A DNA stretch of 64,000 nucleotides, taken from positions 34,658,001-34,722,000 of the forward strand of contig NC_043002.1 of NCBI RefSeq assembly GCF_006345805.1, written 5' to 3'. The notes below the pieces were generated by a model. The model worked only from the letters and a program-made list of their open reading frames with translations. It did not search any database and had not been told where the DNA came from. This DNA is from Octopus sinensis (Eukaryota). Shown in pieces: positions 1 to 11,869 of this stretch; position 1 is the first letter of the stretch; each line of letters opens with the position of its first letter. The translations under genes were made by a program, and so were the position numbers.

Positions 1-690
1 TGAAGAGCCTCATGAGGAGTTACGTTTATTGGCCAAATATGGACAAGCAAATTGAGAAACTGGTAAAACAGTGTAGGGGATGTGCTATGGCAGCAAAGGT
101 GCCCCCAGTGCAGATTCAACCATGGCCAAAAAACGGATTTGGCAAGGTCTGGACTGCATGTGGATTTCGCAGGACCAATAAATGGCTCCTATTATATCAT
201 TGTGGTGGATAGCTATTTCAAATGGCCTGAAGTGTGTAAATGTTCAAGGCCAACCACAAGTGTGACGATTGACTTCTTGGAAGAATTATTCGCTTGTTAT
301 GGGGTGCCAGATACGAATGGTGACGAAGTGTATTTTAAAATATATAGAAATGGAAAACAGGACTGGAAACAAGGAAATATAACTGGATGTCTGGGTAACA
401 TGATGTACATTGTAATAACCATGTACATCAAAATATGAACATGGTACTAACCATGTATATCAAAACCAAAATATGAACACAGAAGGCATATAAACCAATT
501 AAAAAAAAGATATACTCAAAATCAAGAGAGGGAAGAGGAACCAATGGATATATGGTATAATTTGTTCAAGGTCCCAGAACCACAAGCAGAAGAAGAACCG
601 ACATGTAAATCAAACAGGAAGAAAAAACCTGCAGAAATGACGGAAATTAATGCTAAGAGAAAAAGATATGCCAGTTTCTTACCAAGGAAA
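1..690 (+). pseudogene. Gypsy/Ty3 LTR-retrotransposon integrase remnant (frameshifted, internally deleted)
   Basis: ORFs 12-212 and 82-438 give MRSYVYWPNMDKQIEKLVKQCRGC (integrase zinc-binding region) and LHVDFAGPINGSYYIIVVDSYFKWPEV...LEELFACYGVPDT (start of the rve core). At ~315 the frame jumps to C-terminal-like GDEVYFKIYRNGKQDWKQG, so most of the catalytic core is missing. Confidence 0.9.
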
Positions 691-733
691 TAAAATTGAT
701 AAATTCCGGTTTAGAAAAAAAAAGAAAACACTC

Positions 734-956
734 AAAAGAGGGAGGTGTTGTGTAGACACCCCCAGACGATAAGTAGGCTAGTCCAATATGTATAAATAGT
801 GGACGTGACAGCTAGTGATAGTGGACGAGAAGCATCGAGTAGAGCAAGCTGGAGCTGTCGGTAGTCTAGACATCGAGCGAGTTCTGTTGAGTCGAGTCGT
901 CGGAAGTGAGAGTACGTTATCGGCGAAGGCACGCCATCCAAATGCGCGATATAACA
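734..956 (+). mobile_element. Polypurine tract (734-745) and putative 3' LTR (746-956) of the Gypsy element
   Basis: aaaagagggagg is followed directly by TGTTGTG; a TATA-like tataaata lies at ~795; the GC-richer block ends at GATATAACA (956), giving TG...CA ends with a short imperfect inverted repeat. The right boundary is inferred. Confidence 0.75.
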
Positions 957-1039
957 TAAATATACCCATATGCATGCACACACACATACACAAACAGGCA
1001 TATGCACATATTACATAATACCACTTATTTTACATCATT

Positions 1040-1435
1040 AACACACTTCTTATGACTTTTGATTCACCATACTTGCACTACTGGTTGGGTCGTCTGTGGT
1101 CAGGTCTTCTCCAGCATCATGAATTGTCAGTCAATGCAGTCATTTGTCATTTTTTTGTGTGACATGCAACATCTTCAGATCAATTTTACCACTTCTTCCC
1201 AAGTTATTCATGGCCTCCCTCTTTTATAGGTTCCATTTACCTCAAGCAGACAACACTTCTTTATATAGTAGCCAACCTCCATACACATCACATAACCATA
1301 CCAACAGACTTCTCTCTTGCATACTACATCTGATTCCTCTTGCATTTAGTTTTTTCTCACAGCTCATTAGTAACCTACCATTCATGCACACTAACATTAC
1401 ACATTTGAGAAAAAGAGAAGTTACTTCAAGTGAAT
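1040..1435 (-). mobile_element. RTE-clade LINE 3' fragment
   Basis: Minus ORF 1242-1439 contains CEKKLNARGIRCSMQERSLLVW, matching the RTE C-terminal LREKLGIRGI..MQERRLRW.GHV also seen at 7106-7760. Confidence 0.7.
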
Positions 1436-2850
1436 CCAACCAAGAAGTTAATTGCTACATGTTACAAGGACCTTTGAGAATTTAAAGGCAAAGAAAGCAG
1501 CTGGACCATCAAGTGATAATCACCAAGATGCTAAAAATATTTTGTGAAATGGAACATATACTGGTTAGTGAACAAGTCAATCAGGTTGTGTAGGGATGTG
1601 TTAATTTCAATGATTGGTGGAGCAGCAGTATTATGAACTACTACAAGGACAAAAGTGGCACTACAGAGAAAACTTGTCTAGATAAGATGCAGTTTGTGTT
1701 TGTGGCAAGAATTGACACCACTGATGGCATGTTCTTAGTGTAGCAATTGGAAGAGAGATTCTAAGTCAAGAACAAGTTCTTACATTTTCATAAGGGTACT
1801 ATGCTCTATGATCTGGTAGTCTTTAGAAAGTGTCCATCAGGGCTATTCACCTGTTTGTTACAGCTCCCTCACATCATAACAGAGTGTTTGTGGCAAGAAT
1901 TGACACCACTGATGGCATGTTCTTAGAGAGATTCTAAGAGAGAGATTCTAAGTCAAGAACAAGTTCCTACATTTTCATAAGGGTACTATGCTCTATGATC
2001 TGGTGACTAAAAAAAGGCCTATTCACCTGTTTGTTACAGCTCCCTCACATCATAACAGAGTTTTAAAGCAACTACCCATGAGAATTCTGTGTATCTAATG
2101 AACCAGTACTCAAAAAATAAGAGAGAGAAAGTTCCAAGCGTGGTAGTGGAATCTAGAATTGAGAGAACAGAAGGTCAATTTAGCATAGATGGAAGTTTTA
2201 ATCTGTAGAACAGAAAGTAGAACACTACTGCCTATCTACAGAAGAGGAGAAAACAGGAATTCTATTACACAAAATATACAGTTGGAATTCAGATATGCTG
2301 AAAAGAAGGATATGAAACAGATATAATATGAACCCCCAACAAATGAAGTTTCTCAAATGTCCAGAAAGATCTTCAGGAGTAGATGATAACTCCTGTTAAC
2401 TAAGTGATCTAATCAATAGTAGGAGTGCATTTTACAAAAAGCATAATAACCCAAATTAGAAAAAAAGTTCAAAGCACTATTGCCTATGTTGACAAGTAAG
2501 GTTTTCTCTCCCTAGATGTAAAGCAAATTGTATAATGCTCATTTATGAAGTCTGATATTGCACAAGAGCAAGGCATGAATGCTGGATGTGAAGGATATGT
2601 GAAGGTTGGAAGGAAATGAAGGAAGCATTCTATGTCAAATACAGCATGAAAGAACTGGCTATCAGAAGGAAGTATCCACTGTAGTGTGCAAAGTAGAAAA
2701 CAACAATGGTATAGACATATGATGGGTGACAGTTAGGTGAATAACAGGCACTGCAAGCTAAAAGAACCTACAGAAGGAGAAGACAGTGCAGAAGTGGAGA
2801 GGGATGATCTGAGGACGTTGAACTTCACAGGATATCAGCAGCTACCATTA
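1436..2850 (+). mobile_element. Decayed RTE-clade LINE reverse transcriptase
   Basis: Translating across stops and frameshifts gives KKAAGPS..ITKMLKI, NDWWSSSIMNYYKDK, GRIDTTDGMFLV, a PWELLYADDL-like stretch (~2070-2100), a YLGDLIS-like stretch (~2400), RLEGNE.SIL and DDLRTLNFT (~2805-2830). Confidence 0.75.
1696..2060 (+). repeat. Tandem duplication (~188 bp) inside the RTE remnant
   Basis: gtgtttgtggcaagaattgacaccactgatggcatgttcttag...cagctccctcacatcataacagag occurs at 1696-1883 and again at 1884-2060 with small indels. Confidence 0.95.
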
Positions 2851-3281
2851 ACACACAGATGCAGTATACATAGTGAGTGGAAGGTGTATGTATGTATGTA
2901 TGTCTTCTTTTTTTTACATGCATGAGTGCAACAGACTTTTGTGCATACCAGTGTGTACATGTGTGCTTGCAGAGAACCAAAGACTGAGTGTTGTGAATGT
3001 CTGCTTTCAAGGCTGCAATGTAGATGTGAGTATATTTGGGTGGAAGACTTAATCCAGTGCCCAGTTTAACACAACTAACTGGCTCATGGATACCTTTGAC
3101 AGAGTACATGCTGTTGCAAGTATTCAGGCCAAATTACTCTCATTTCCTCTCACCAGTCTCAGCAGCACTGGAAAAGGTCATGGGTACTACAGTTACACCT
3201 CTGAACAAACCAAACAAACAAAAAAATGGGCAACAAGTGAAAATGATGATCATATCCAAAAGAGAGTGGGGTGGGGGAGAA

Positions 3282-3323
<42 letters not shown>

Positions 3324-4119
3324 GATAGCTTAGTTTAGCAGCTGGACAACTTTTTGACTAGAAAAAGTGGATATTGTTATGTGAATCAATAAGGGTACTT
3401 AACTGAGTGTAGAGCAATGAAAAAAATCAACAAAAATCCTTGGAAAAACTAAGAGGAAAAAAACTCAATATTATAAGATACTAATTACTATCTACACTCA
3501 TACATATACATATATATGCATACAAGCAAATATATATATATAAAACTGAATTAAAATAAGAAAGAGAGGGACAACAAAATTCACTATCATGATTTTACAA
3601 TGTTTTATTTGAAAGAGGTTTGAGGGGAGCAGAGAAGGTAGAAAGTAGGCATAGTCACTACACAATTCATCTAGTTACAGCATCAACTTCTGTGTATTTT
3701 TAGTTAGTCATAGATTTCAAAACCAACATAGAAAGATCAATAATATCCCATACATATAAATTCTTTAGTTCAAGCTCCCTTGCAAGCTATCATATCACAC
3801 AAATGTAGTGTATGTGTGTGGTTGTTTGCATGTGTAAAGGTATCTATTGTATGTTTTTTGTTAATGCATGTGCATTATATAAGTGTTTTTTTGTGAGTGT
3901 GTAACTGTCTGGTGCACATATGAGTAAGTCCATGTGTGTCCTTGTATGTTGCATATATGTGTGTGAGTACTGTACAAATGTGTACTTGCATGATTACACA
4001 CACACACACACACATTTAGCTAGTGTTATTAAATTAGCTGAATGAACACTTTAACCCATGTGACTCTAGATTGCATTTCCATTTGAAACTTTGGGACTGT
4101 CAGAAAGAAACATGTACAG

Positions 4120-4900
4120 CAAGAGGTGTCAATATATAAATATAGCAAGATGCGTGACAACATCATATATACTGAAGGGCACATGTCAACATCATATATA
4201 CAGCATGGGGCATGTCAACATAGTATATGCAGTAAACTACATGTTAACATAGTATATAAACAGTAAGGTACATGTTAACATAGGATATACACTTAGGTAC
4301 ATGTCAACATAGTATATGCAGTAAACTACATGTTAACATAGTATATAAACAGTAAGGTACATGTTAACATAGGATATACACTTAGGTACATGTCAATTGA
4401 CAGCAAGATATATGTTGACAGCAACACATGTCAACAAAGTATATAGGGTAGGTTGCATGTCATTGTATATATTTTTTAAAAAGAAAAGTAATAGTAGGGA
4501 GCATATCAATTTAGTATATACATCACAGCAGATGCCAAGATAGTACATACAGATGGGCACATGTACAACAGGATACATACCAACGGTGTACAGCAGGGTA
4601 CATACCAACATAGTATCTACAACAGGGTACATGTCAACATAGTATATTTAATAGAGTAAATATCACCACAGTATATAAAGGAAGGTACATGTCATAAGAG
4701 CATAAAAAAAAGCAGGGTACATATCAACATAGTATTTACGGCAGAGTATGACATGTCGGCATAGTACATATAGTAGGATACACCTCAAGAGTATATTTTT
4801 ATATGGTAGGGCACATGGCAATATACATAATAGGATGCAAGTCAACATACTATATATAATAGAGTAGATATCAACATAGAATCTACAACTGGAGACATAT
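4120..4900. repeat. Degenerate ~29-30 bp minisatellite with a perfect 89-bp higher-order duplication
   Basis: Recurring catgtcaacatagtatat..cagta.ggta units; 4211-4299 is repeated exactly from 4300. Confidence 0.9.
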
Positions 4901-5469
4901 CAAAATAGAATAAGCAAACAGCTTACATTCAATTCAGCAAAATCATTTTATTTTGATAGATGCTGAGTCCCTATCGAACTCATGAAGTACATAGACAAGT
5001 GTTACCAGACTTCAGTCTGTTTCTTATATGTAGTATCTTTAATTTACTTTTATCTTCTCACTCTAACAAAACATTCACTGTAATACTAATAACAACACAG
5101 TTGGAAGAAAGACGAGGAACAAACAGATGATGATAGCAGCTGAGAGAAATGCAGTATCCAACATCAATATTGCTAAAATGTACGCAAGGCAAACAACGAA
5201 GTGAGAGGAATATTACCTGATATGCTACCTCTTGCATCTTCCAGTAGACATTGCAAAATTATAAGAAAGACAGGTTGGAAGGTAAGTGAGTTTAAAGTTG
5301 AGATGTAGTTATAGTTGTGGTAAGAAAACAACGTCTGCTATAATTGGGAAAATCTCTATCAGATACTCATGGTACTGAAGAGTTCCTATAATTACTGATT
5401 ACGACTAACAAATGCAGACTTGCTAAAGTCTAAAAACAGTAGTATCAGTTTGAATGAGAGTGATGAAGA

Positions 5470-5660
5470 GTGCTGTAGAGAGTAAGGAGGAGAGATGAGG
5501 AGAGGATGAATAGAGAAGGGAAAGGAGAGAAAGAATAAAGAAGGAAAAGGAGGGGGGAAATAGAGGAGATAAATGAGGGAATGAATAGAGAAGAAAGAGA
5601 AGAGGAAGAATAGCGAAGAGAACAGAAAAACAGAAGAGAAAAGAGGAAGGAGAAAATAAA
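5470..5660 (+). repeat. Purine-rich (GA/AAG) low-complexity tract
   Basis: Almost entirely A/G on the plus strand. Confidence 0.85.
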
Positions 5661-6129
5661 ACAAAGTGTGGATTCTGGCGGGAATCAATATCACGCGTCT
5701 TTACACACATCTCTTAGTAACTCTTTTACGTCCTTCACTGACTAATTTATTACAAAGCTTATAGTTCTTTCTTTCCCACTTAGCAGCTCCACAGAGTCCA
5801 TTCTGAATGGTGATGGAGAGAGGAGAAGATACATAAGTGGAGTCAAATATCTTATCAAACTAGCATGTCATTCACAAGATTCAAATGCTACCTTAATCAG
5901 AGAAACAGGATGAGGAAGTGGCCAGAGGCACGTGTGTAGTTAGTGATCCCATGTTGAAGCATGCTATATATGTACTACCTCTCTCTGCAGTGTGTGTGAG
6001 CAGGTGTCAACTTTAATGGCTGTAATTTGTTTTTTAATAGATGCATATACTAAAATGGTATGGCCAATTAAATTAAGTTATAGTACTAACTATACTGCTG
6101 ATATTTAGATATCACCCCCCACCACCACA

Positions 6130-6173
<44 letters not shown>

Positions 6174-6349
6174 AACATATTGACATAGCAACAATATGGC
6201 TGAGAGAAATAGCAGAGGGGAGGCTTCTGCATACTAACTACACATGCCATAAAATCTAAGATATGTAATACAATGAGTTGAAAAACTTCAATTAACCGAG
6301 ATTTTTCCAAGCAATTAATAGACAAAAATCCCACCAAGGGGTATTTAAA

Positions 6350-6440
6350 ATCTGAAAAGAAATAAGGGAGATAACTTCCACAAAATCAATTTATCAAAAT
6401 TTTTGGACAATATAGACAAAGCAGATTAGAATAGATCTGA
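6350..6440 (-). mobile_element. Fragment of the repeat family also present at 10860-10950
   Basis: aagggagataact...aatttttggacaatatagaca is the reverse complement of ctatcgtccaaaaattcagataatctgatttcagagttatctccctt at ~10900-10945. Confidence 0.6.
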
Positions 6441-6598
6441 TCTTTAAGCCAAATGGTGAAAGCAACAGACATGTTTTTCAACCTCGTCAACAAAGCATAT
6501 TTTACTCAGTTGGCAAGACTAAGAGTGATCAATATCAATATATATATATATGTGTGTGTGTATGTGTGTGTGTGTGTGTGTGTGTAGTGATGTGATGC

Positions 6599-6798
6599 TG
6601 AACATCAACAATATGGATTAGGGAAAATACCTCAGAGGAGTGTTCTGTAGACTAAATACAAACACAACAAAATCTGCTGAAGTTTTTCAACTCTCAATAC
6701 TATATTATCTGAGACTGTACATCACCATTTGTATTCATAATTAATATTACAGAACACTCCCTTGAGGTATTTTCCCTAAGTCATATTGTTCATATTCA
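6599..6798. mobile_element. MITE-like element with ~50-bp terminal inverted repeats
   Basis: caacaatatggattagggaaaatacctcagaggagtgttctgta pairs with tacagaacactcccttgaggtattttccctaagtcatattgtt. Confidence 0.75.
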
Positions 6799-6899
6799 AA
6801 ACCAGTGTTACTACATACTCTCTCTCTCTTCACACACACACATAAATATACATTCAACATCATTTAAATTCAACTTTTCCATGCTTGTGTACATTAGAT

Positions 6900-7070
6900 A
6901 AATTTATTGGGGCAGAATTTCTCTAGTTAGATGTACTTCCTGTTCCCAACCAGTCACCTATTTCCAAGCAAGGTAGTATTTCTCCATGGCCAGACTTATT
7001 TTCCACAGAAAACTAGAAATATAGAATAACATCATTTGTATGATGAAGATGATGATGCACATTTACAACC
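6900..7070 (-). mobile_element. SINE body fragment (family also at ~50850, ~60120, ~61680)
   Basis: cttcctgttcccaaccagtcacctatttccaagcaaggtagtatttctccatggccagac recurs in diverged form at those positions. Confidence 0.7.
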
Positions 7071-7105
7071 ATACATACATACATACATATATATATATAG
7101 ATATA

Positions 7106-7760
7106 TCATCATTTAATGTCTGTTGTACATGCTGGCATGGATTGGACAATTTGATCAGAGCTGGCAAGAAGGGGAGCTGCACCAGACTCCAGTCTGATTT
7201 AGCATTGTCTCTATGACAGGATGCCCTTCCTAATACCAACCACTTAACAGAGTGTGCTGGATGCTTTTACATGGCACCACACAGGCGTTTTTACCACCAG
7301 TGGGACCAGTCTTAACACTTCTGCTGCAGAGTGCGGGTCTTCTTGAGTACAGCAAGGTGACAGACATCTTGGTCCTTTTTCATCTCACCTGAAAGGTTTA
7401 GCATCCTGAGGTCATTCTTCAGTACTTCATCCTATGTCTTCCTGGGTCTCCCACTTCCACATGCTCCATCTACTTTGAGAGAGCAACATTTCTGTATGGA
7501 GCTGTTGGTATCCATCTGCATCACATGGCCAAACCAGTGTAGTCTTCTCTCTTGCATACAGCAACTGATTCCTCTTATGCCTAACTTCTCTCTCAAAGCA
7601 CAAGCACATTATCAAACACCTACACTTACATTACACATCCAGTGGAGCATATTAGCCTCATTCCTTTCTAACCTTCGCATGTCCTCCACATTCAGGGCCC
7701 ATGTCTCACTACCATGTAGAATTGCTGACCATATACATGCATCATACAATCTTCCTTATG
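7106..7760 (-). mobile_element. RTE LINE 3' end (RT C-terminus, 3'UTR, (ATG)n tail)
   Basis: Minus strand reads LREKLGIRGISCCMQERRLHWFGHVMQMD...GSGRPRKT; the 3'UTR contains ggatgcccttcctaataccaacc as in other copies. Confidence 0.85.
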
Positions 7761-8689
7761 ACAGTGTATGAGTGTATGTATGTGGATATGTCATGGAAAG
7801 GCTCCAAAATAGTGCATCCTCAAGCAAAATGTATTTGATTTTCGAAATCTGTATGCCAATGACAAGGTTTTCGGTTATTAATCAAAAAATATAACTTGCT
7901 ATGAAAAATAACTAAACTTTTAGATCATCAAATCTACCATTCTCTATCTAGCTCTCTATATTTCCCCTCTCTCAATATATTTATCACAATCTCTCTCTCC
8001 TCTATATATATAATCTCTCTTGCATGCTGCTCTCCACTCTCTCTCTCCCTTGATATGACATGTAATTGCTTTCATACTGTATTTTACTTTCATTTTATGA
8101 TAGACAGCTATCATGCAGAAAATGTTAGCTTCCAAATCCTGTTTGCTGATTGAGTAAAAACTGATAAACTTAAACCTCTGTAACATTTTTCTAAAATTTT
8201 TATAAAATAAATAAATCACAAAATCAGATTCAGCACGAAAAAGTATATCAATATATTACATTTGAAAATTTTCTTTTAATTTTGAAATTTCAAAATCAAT
8301 GACAGCAACAGAAAAGATCTCTCTTTACCACACTTTCCCTCACTCTCTGCATATATATATCACAAATGGTGTATGTGCATGTGTATCAGTGACTGTGTAT
8401 GCATGTGTGTAAGGAATTTCATTAAGGTGACATGAGTCAAAAGACTCTCACATAACAAAGGCAGCCAGCTAAGAAAGGTTTTTACATCTATGTACCAAAT
8501 AGAAAAACAAAAACTTAGTTTATCAATAAGTTATAAATTGTCCCAAATAATGCAGAGATCTGTTTGGATCAAGAAGCCTTTCTGTTGGAAAAGAAATGGT
8601 CTCGCAAGAAATTTTAAAAAAAATTTAAATACAGGCATTCTATTGCGAAAATTGCCCAGCAACGATGGGATACTCAGCTAGTGAATGTG

Positions 8690-8699
8690 CATGTATGTA

Positions 8700-8765
<66 letters not shown>

Positions 8766-9188
8766 CACACACAAACAGACACATATACATATATATTTAT
8801 TTATACATATATATATTTGTTGTGCAAGATTTTTTTATGTGAAGTCGTGTGTTGAAACAGATATTGTTAAATTTCGGAATGGTCATTTTGCCAGTTTAGC
8901 CAATAAAAACACACGCACTATATATTCGGAGTTACTTTGCTTCAGTGTTATTTATTTTTTACATTAATCTTAATCTTATTTCAGCCAGAGTTCTTTCGTC
9001 ACACTTCTGTGACCACATCAATGGTCCTTTGTTTTCTTCTTTCTTATTATGCAGTCATAAGAACTCTGGCCGAAATAAGATTAATGTAAAAAATAAATAA
9101 CACTGAAGCAAAGTAACACCAAATATATAGTGCGTGTGTTTTTATTGGCTAAACTGGCAAAATGACCATTCCGAAATATAACAATATT

Positions 9189-9234
<46 letters not shown>

Positions 9235-9291
9235 TTATTTATACATACATATATATACACATATATATTTATTTATACATACTTATTTATT

Positions 9292-9353
<62 letters not shown>

Positions 9354-9477
9354 TATATACATATATATACATATATATTTATTTATATATACTTATTTAT
9401 ACATGCATATATATTCATACATATATATATACATATATATTTATTTATACATACTTATTTATACATGCATACATATT

Positions 9478-9521
<44 letters not shown>

Positions 9522-9608
9522 TTTATTTATACATACATATATATACACATATATATATACATATATATTTATTTATACATACTTATTTATACATGCATAC
9601 ATATTCAT

Positions 9609-9663
<55 letters not shown>

Positions 9664-9665
9664 TA
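8690..9665. repeat. (TA)n and (TA/TACA)n compound microsatellites flanking the 8865-9185 inverted repeat
   Basis: Direct inspection. Confidence 0.95.
8815..9185. mobile_element. Inverted-repeat element (~130-bp arms), probably a Penelope-type pseudo-LTR, with a degenerate hammerhead motif
   Basis: Arms ~8865-8995 and ~9058-9185 are near-perfect reverse complements. The minus strand at 8984-9027 reads cca TTGATGT g GTCAC agaagt GTGAC GAAA gaac TC tgg. Confidence 0.7.
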
Positions 9666-9879
9666 CAATTATGCAGACAAACAAATTAAATATAACAGCT
9701 TGGATTTGATATACAATATACATATACATACATATACATTTTATATATATATATATATATGCAAACAGAAAGAAAGCAAATACTGAAGATCTTCAGACAA
9801 TGAATGTTTAAATATAAATATAGAGATATTTACATATCAATAGATCAAACTTATTTATACTTAAATACTTGTCTGAAAA

Positions 9880-9983
9880 CCTTCATTTTTAGCTTTCTTT
9901 CCTTTCCTGAGCGTCCAATAACACTATACTTGTTCCACGTCCTCGCGTTGTTGTGTTTTCTCTTAGTGTTTTCATGTTTGGAT

Positions 9984-9990
<7 letters not shown>
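9880..9990 (+). mobile_element. 3' tip of a Penelope pseudo-LTR-like repeat
   Basis: ttcctgagcgtccaataacactatacttgttccacgtcctcgcgttgttg resembles the 3' tip of the Penelope element (minus strand of 25520-25600) and also ends in (TA)n. Confidence 0.5.
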
Positions 9991-10034
<44 letters not shown>

Positions 10035-10581
10035 GTATATATGTATATATATAGTATATCAAACCCAAGTTGTCATATTAATTTGTTTATCTACATAACT
10101 GCCTTTATATCTGCTCACCTGAATTCCTTTTATAACTATTCTTTACCCCAAGGAATTTGTCCCTTGTAAAGACATCGGAAAGTTTGAATCATTTGAACAT
10201 TTACTAAGTGTTTTCTATACCAAGAATCTCTGGATCTCATCTGTCCATTCTACAAATACACTCACAATGATGTTGTCAACCTGGGACTAAAATAGAAGAC
10301 ACTTGCTTAAGGTGATGCACAGTGACACTGAATTTGAGACCACATGGTTGGGAAGCAAGCTTCTTAACTAGAAAGCCACTCTTTTATATATATGTATATA
10401 AATACTATTGGAACTTACACACAAGGTACTGGAAACTTATATGTATACCATTCTGCTTAAATAATGGAACTGCAGATACAATATCCCTGCATATCTCACA
10501 TCTGTTTTCTTCCTTCACTTCACTCCCTATTTCATATCTTCTCTAGAATAACTATTGCTTAACCGTTTTCTCGCACCATCC

Positions 10582-10621
10582 CCAATGAAGGGATATATAA
10601 AATATCCCAGAAACAGTTGTA
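10582..10621 (+). ncRNA. Degenerate minimal hammerhead-like motif
   Basis: CCAATGA a GGGATAT ataaa ATATCCC a GAAA CAGTTG TA: perfect 7-bp stem II and a near-palindromic stem III, but the core differs from CUGANGA and stem I is poor. Confidence 0.45.
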
Positions 10622-10685
10622 AGACCTGCTCTTGGTAAATGTTCTGAAATCTTTCACAGGCTTGGATTTTTATCTCATTCTGTTA

Positions 10686-10725
<40 letters not shown>

Positions 10726-10804
10726 TAAGCAATAAAGGGTTTAGCTAATACTAAGCAATAAAGTAATACTAAGATATATATATATATGTCTTACCAAGTG
10801 ATTA

Positions 10805-10854
10805 GAAAGTTTTGCTGAGGAGGCCTGTAAGACTGAAACATGTCTGTTACTTTC
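10805..10854 (+). ncRNA. Type-I minimal hammerhead ribozyme motif (partly decayed)
   Basis: gaaagttttg CTGAGGA ggcctgtaagact GAAA CATG TC tgttactttc: intact core, palindromic ACATGT stem III, distal stem I gaaagt/actttc. Predicted cleavage after C10844. Confidence 0.6.
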
Positions 10855-11134
10855 ATCATGTCTTTTAAAGACAAGATTCACTCCTGTCTATATTGTATCT
10901 ATCGTCCAAAAATTCAGATAATCTGATTTCAGAGTTATCTCCCTTACTTGCTGTTTTTAAATTTGAGGGAGTTATTACCTACTAATAGCTTAGATAATCT
11001 CATCCTCCTGTCTCATGTGAGACCCAACCATATTTATTGAATAGTTTTAATGCTCAATTATACACATTTCCCTTACACATGCAACAAGTTACACTCAACT
11101 TTCTTTTCAATTGTGGCAGAATCTATACCTTAAT

Positions 11135-11460
11135 TCTATTAATTGTTTGTCATTTGACTGCGGCCATGCTGGAGCACTGCCTGTAGTCAAACAAATCGAC
11201 TTCAGGACTCATTCAATGTAAGTCTAGTATTTATTATATTGGTGTCTTTTGCTGAACCACTAAGTTATGGGGATGTAAACACAGACACACAAAGATATAC
11301 ACACACATATATATATGACAGGCTTCTATCAGTTTCCGCCTACCAAATCTACTCACAAGGTTTTGGTCAGTCCAAGGCTGCAGTAGAAGACACTTGCCCA
11401 AGGTACCATGCAGTGGGACTGAACCCGGAATCATGTGGTTGGTAAACAAGCTGCTTTATT
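11135..11460 (-). mobile_element. tRNA-derived SINE, family A (reference copy 60718-61110)
   Basis: Reverse complement of both the head (gggactgaacccggaatcatgtggttgg) and the tail (gtcatttgactgcggccatgctggagcac). Confidence 0.9.
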
Positions 11461-11869
11461 TCATAAAATTTGCCATGACCGCATTACAAAGAGGGGATGA
11501 ACAAAGACAAACAAACATAAAAAGGTGGAGTAGCTGCTAATCGATTAAAAAACAGTCTCGGATGATAGGGGAATCATGAAACAATATAGTTTAAAAATTT
11601 TTTAAAAATTTTACATTCATTGCGATTTGCAATGTATTCCTTAAAGGCATCCAGCCACCTGGGTAGAACCTTTACTTTTCATCTTGAATGCACTTACTTG
11701 GTGCCAATCGCACCCAACTTACTTTCCACAGGTTTCCTACTGCACCTATGTTCATTTTTGTTTTGGATTTTTTTCCCCTTCATATAAACTCTTATAATCC
11801 TCCTCATTTAATATAAACATTTCACTACTACTGAGCAGATGCTACCATCGTCTGCTTTGCGACAGCTTT

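Noticed and set aside
1040-2850. Twin-priming inversion of a single LINE
   Set aside because: Both pieces cover the same C-terminal region, whereas twin-priming gives non-overlapping segments.
3036-3338. 100-aa plus-strand ORF
   Set aside because: No recognisable domain or good splice context, and it ends in a (GT)n tract.
4120-4900. CRISPR-like periodicity (also 17135-17580, 42310-42790, 45270-45555)
   Set aside because: Units are contiguous degenerate repeats with no unique spacers, there are no cas genes, and the context is eukaryotic.
5392-5710. Hydrophobic F/L/S ORFs resembling membrane proteins
   Set aside because: Antisense reading of a purine-rich low-complexity tract.
5930-6070. 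Cluster of E-box/TAAT/TGTCA motifs suggesting an enhancer (similar at ~54800 and ~63750)
   Set aside because: Short motifs are expected by chance; no conservation data available.
9162-9786. Long ORFs (175 and 127 aa) rich in Y/I/H
   Set aside because: Translations of TA/TACA microsatellites, which lack stop codons in some frames.
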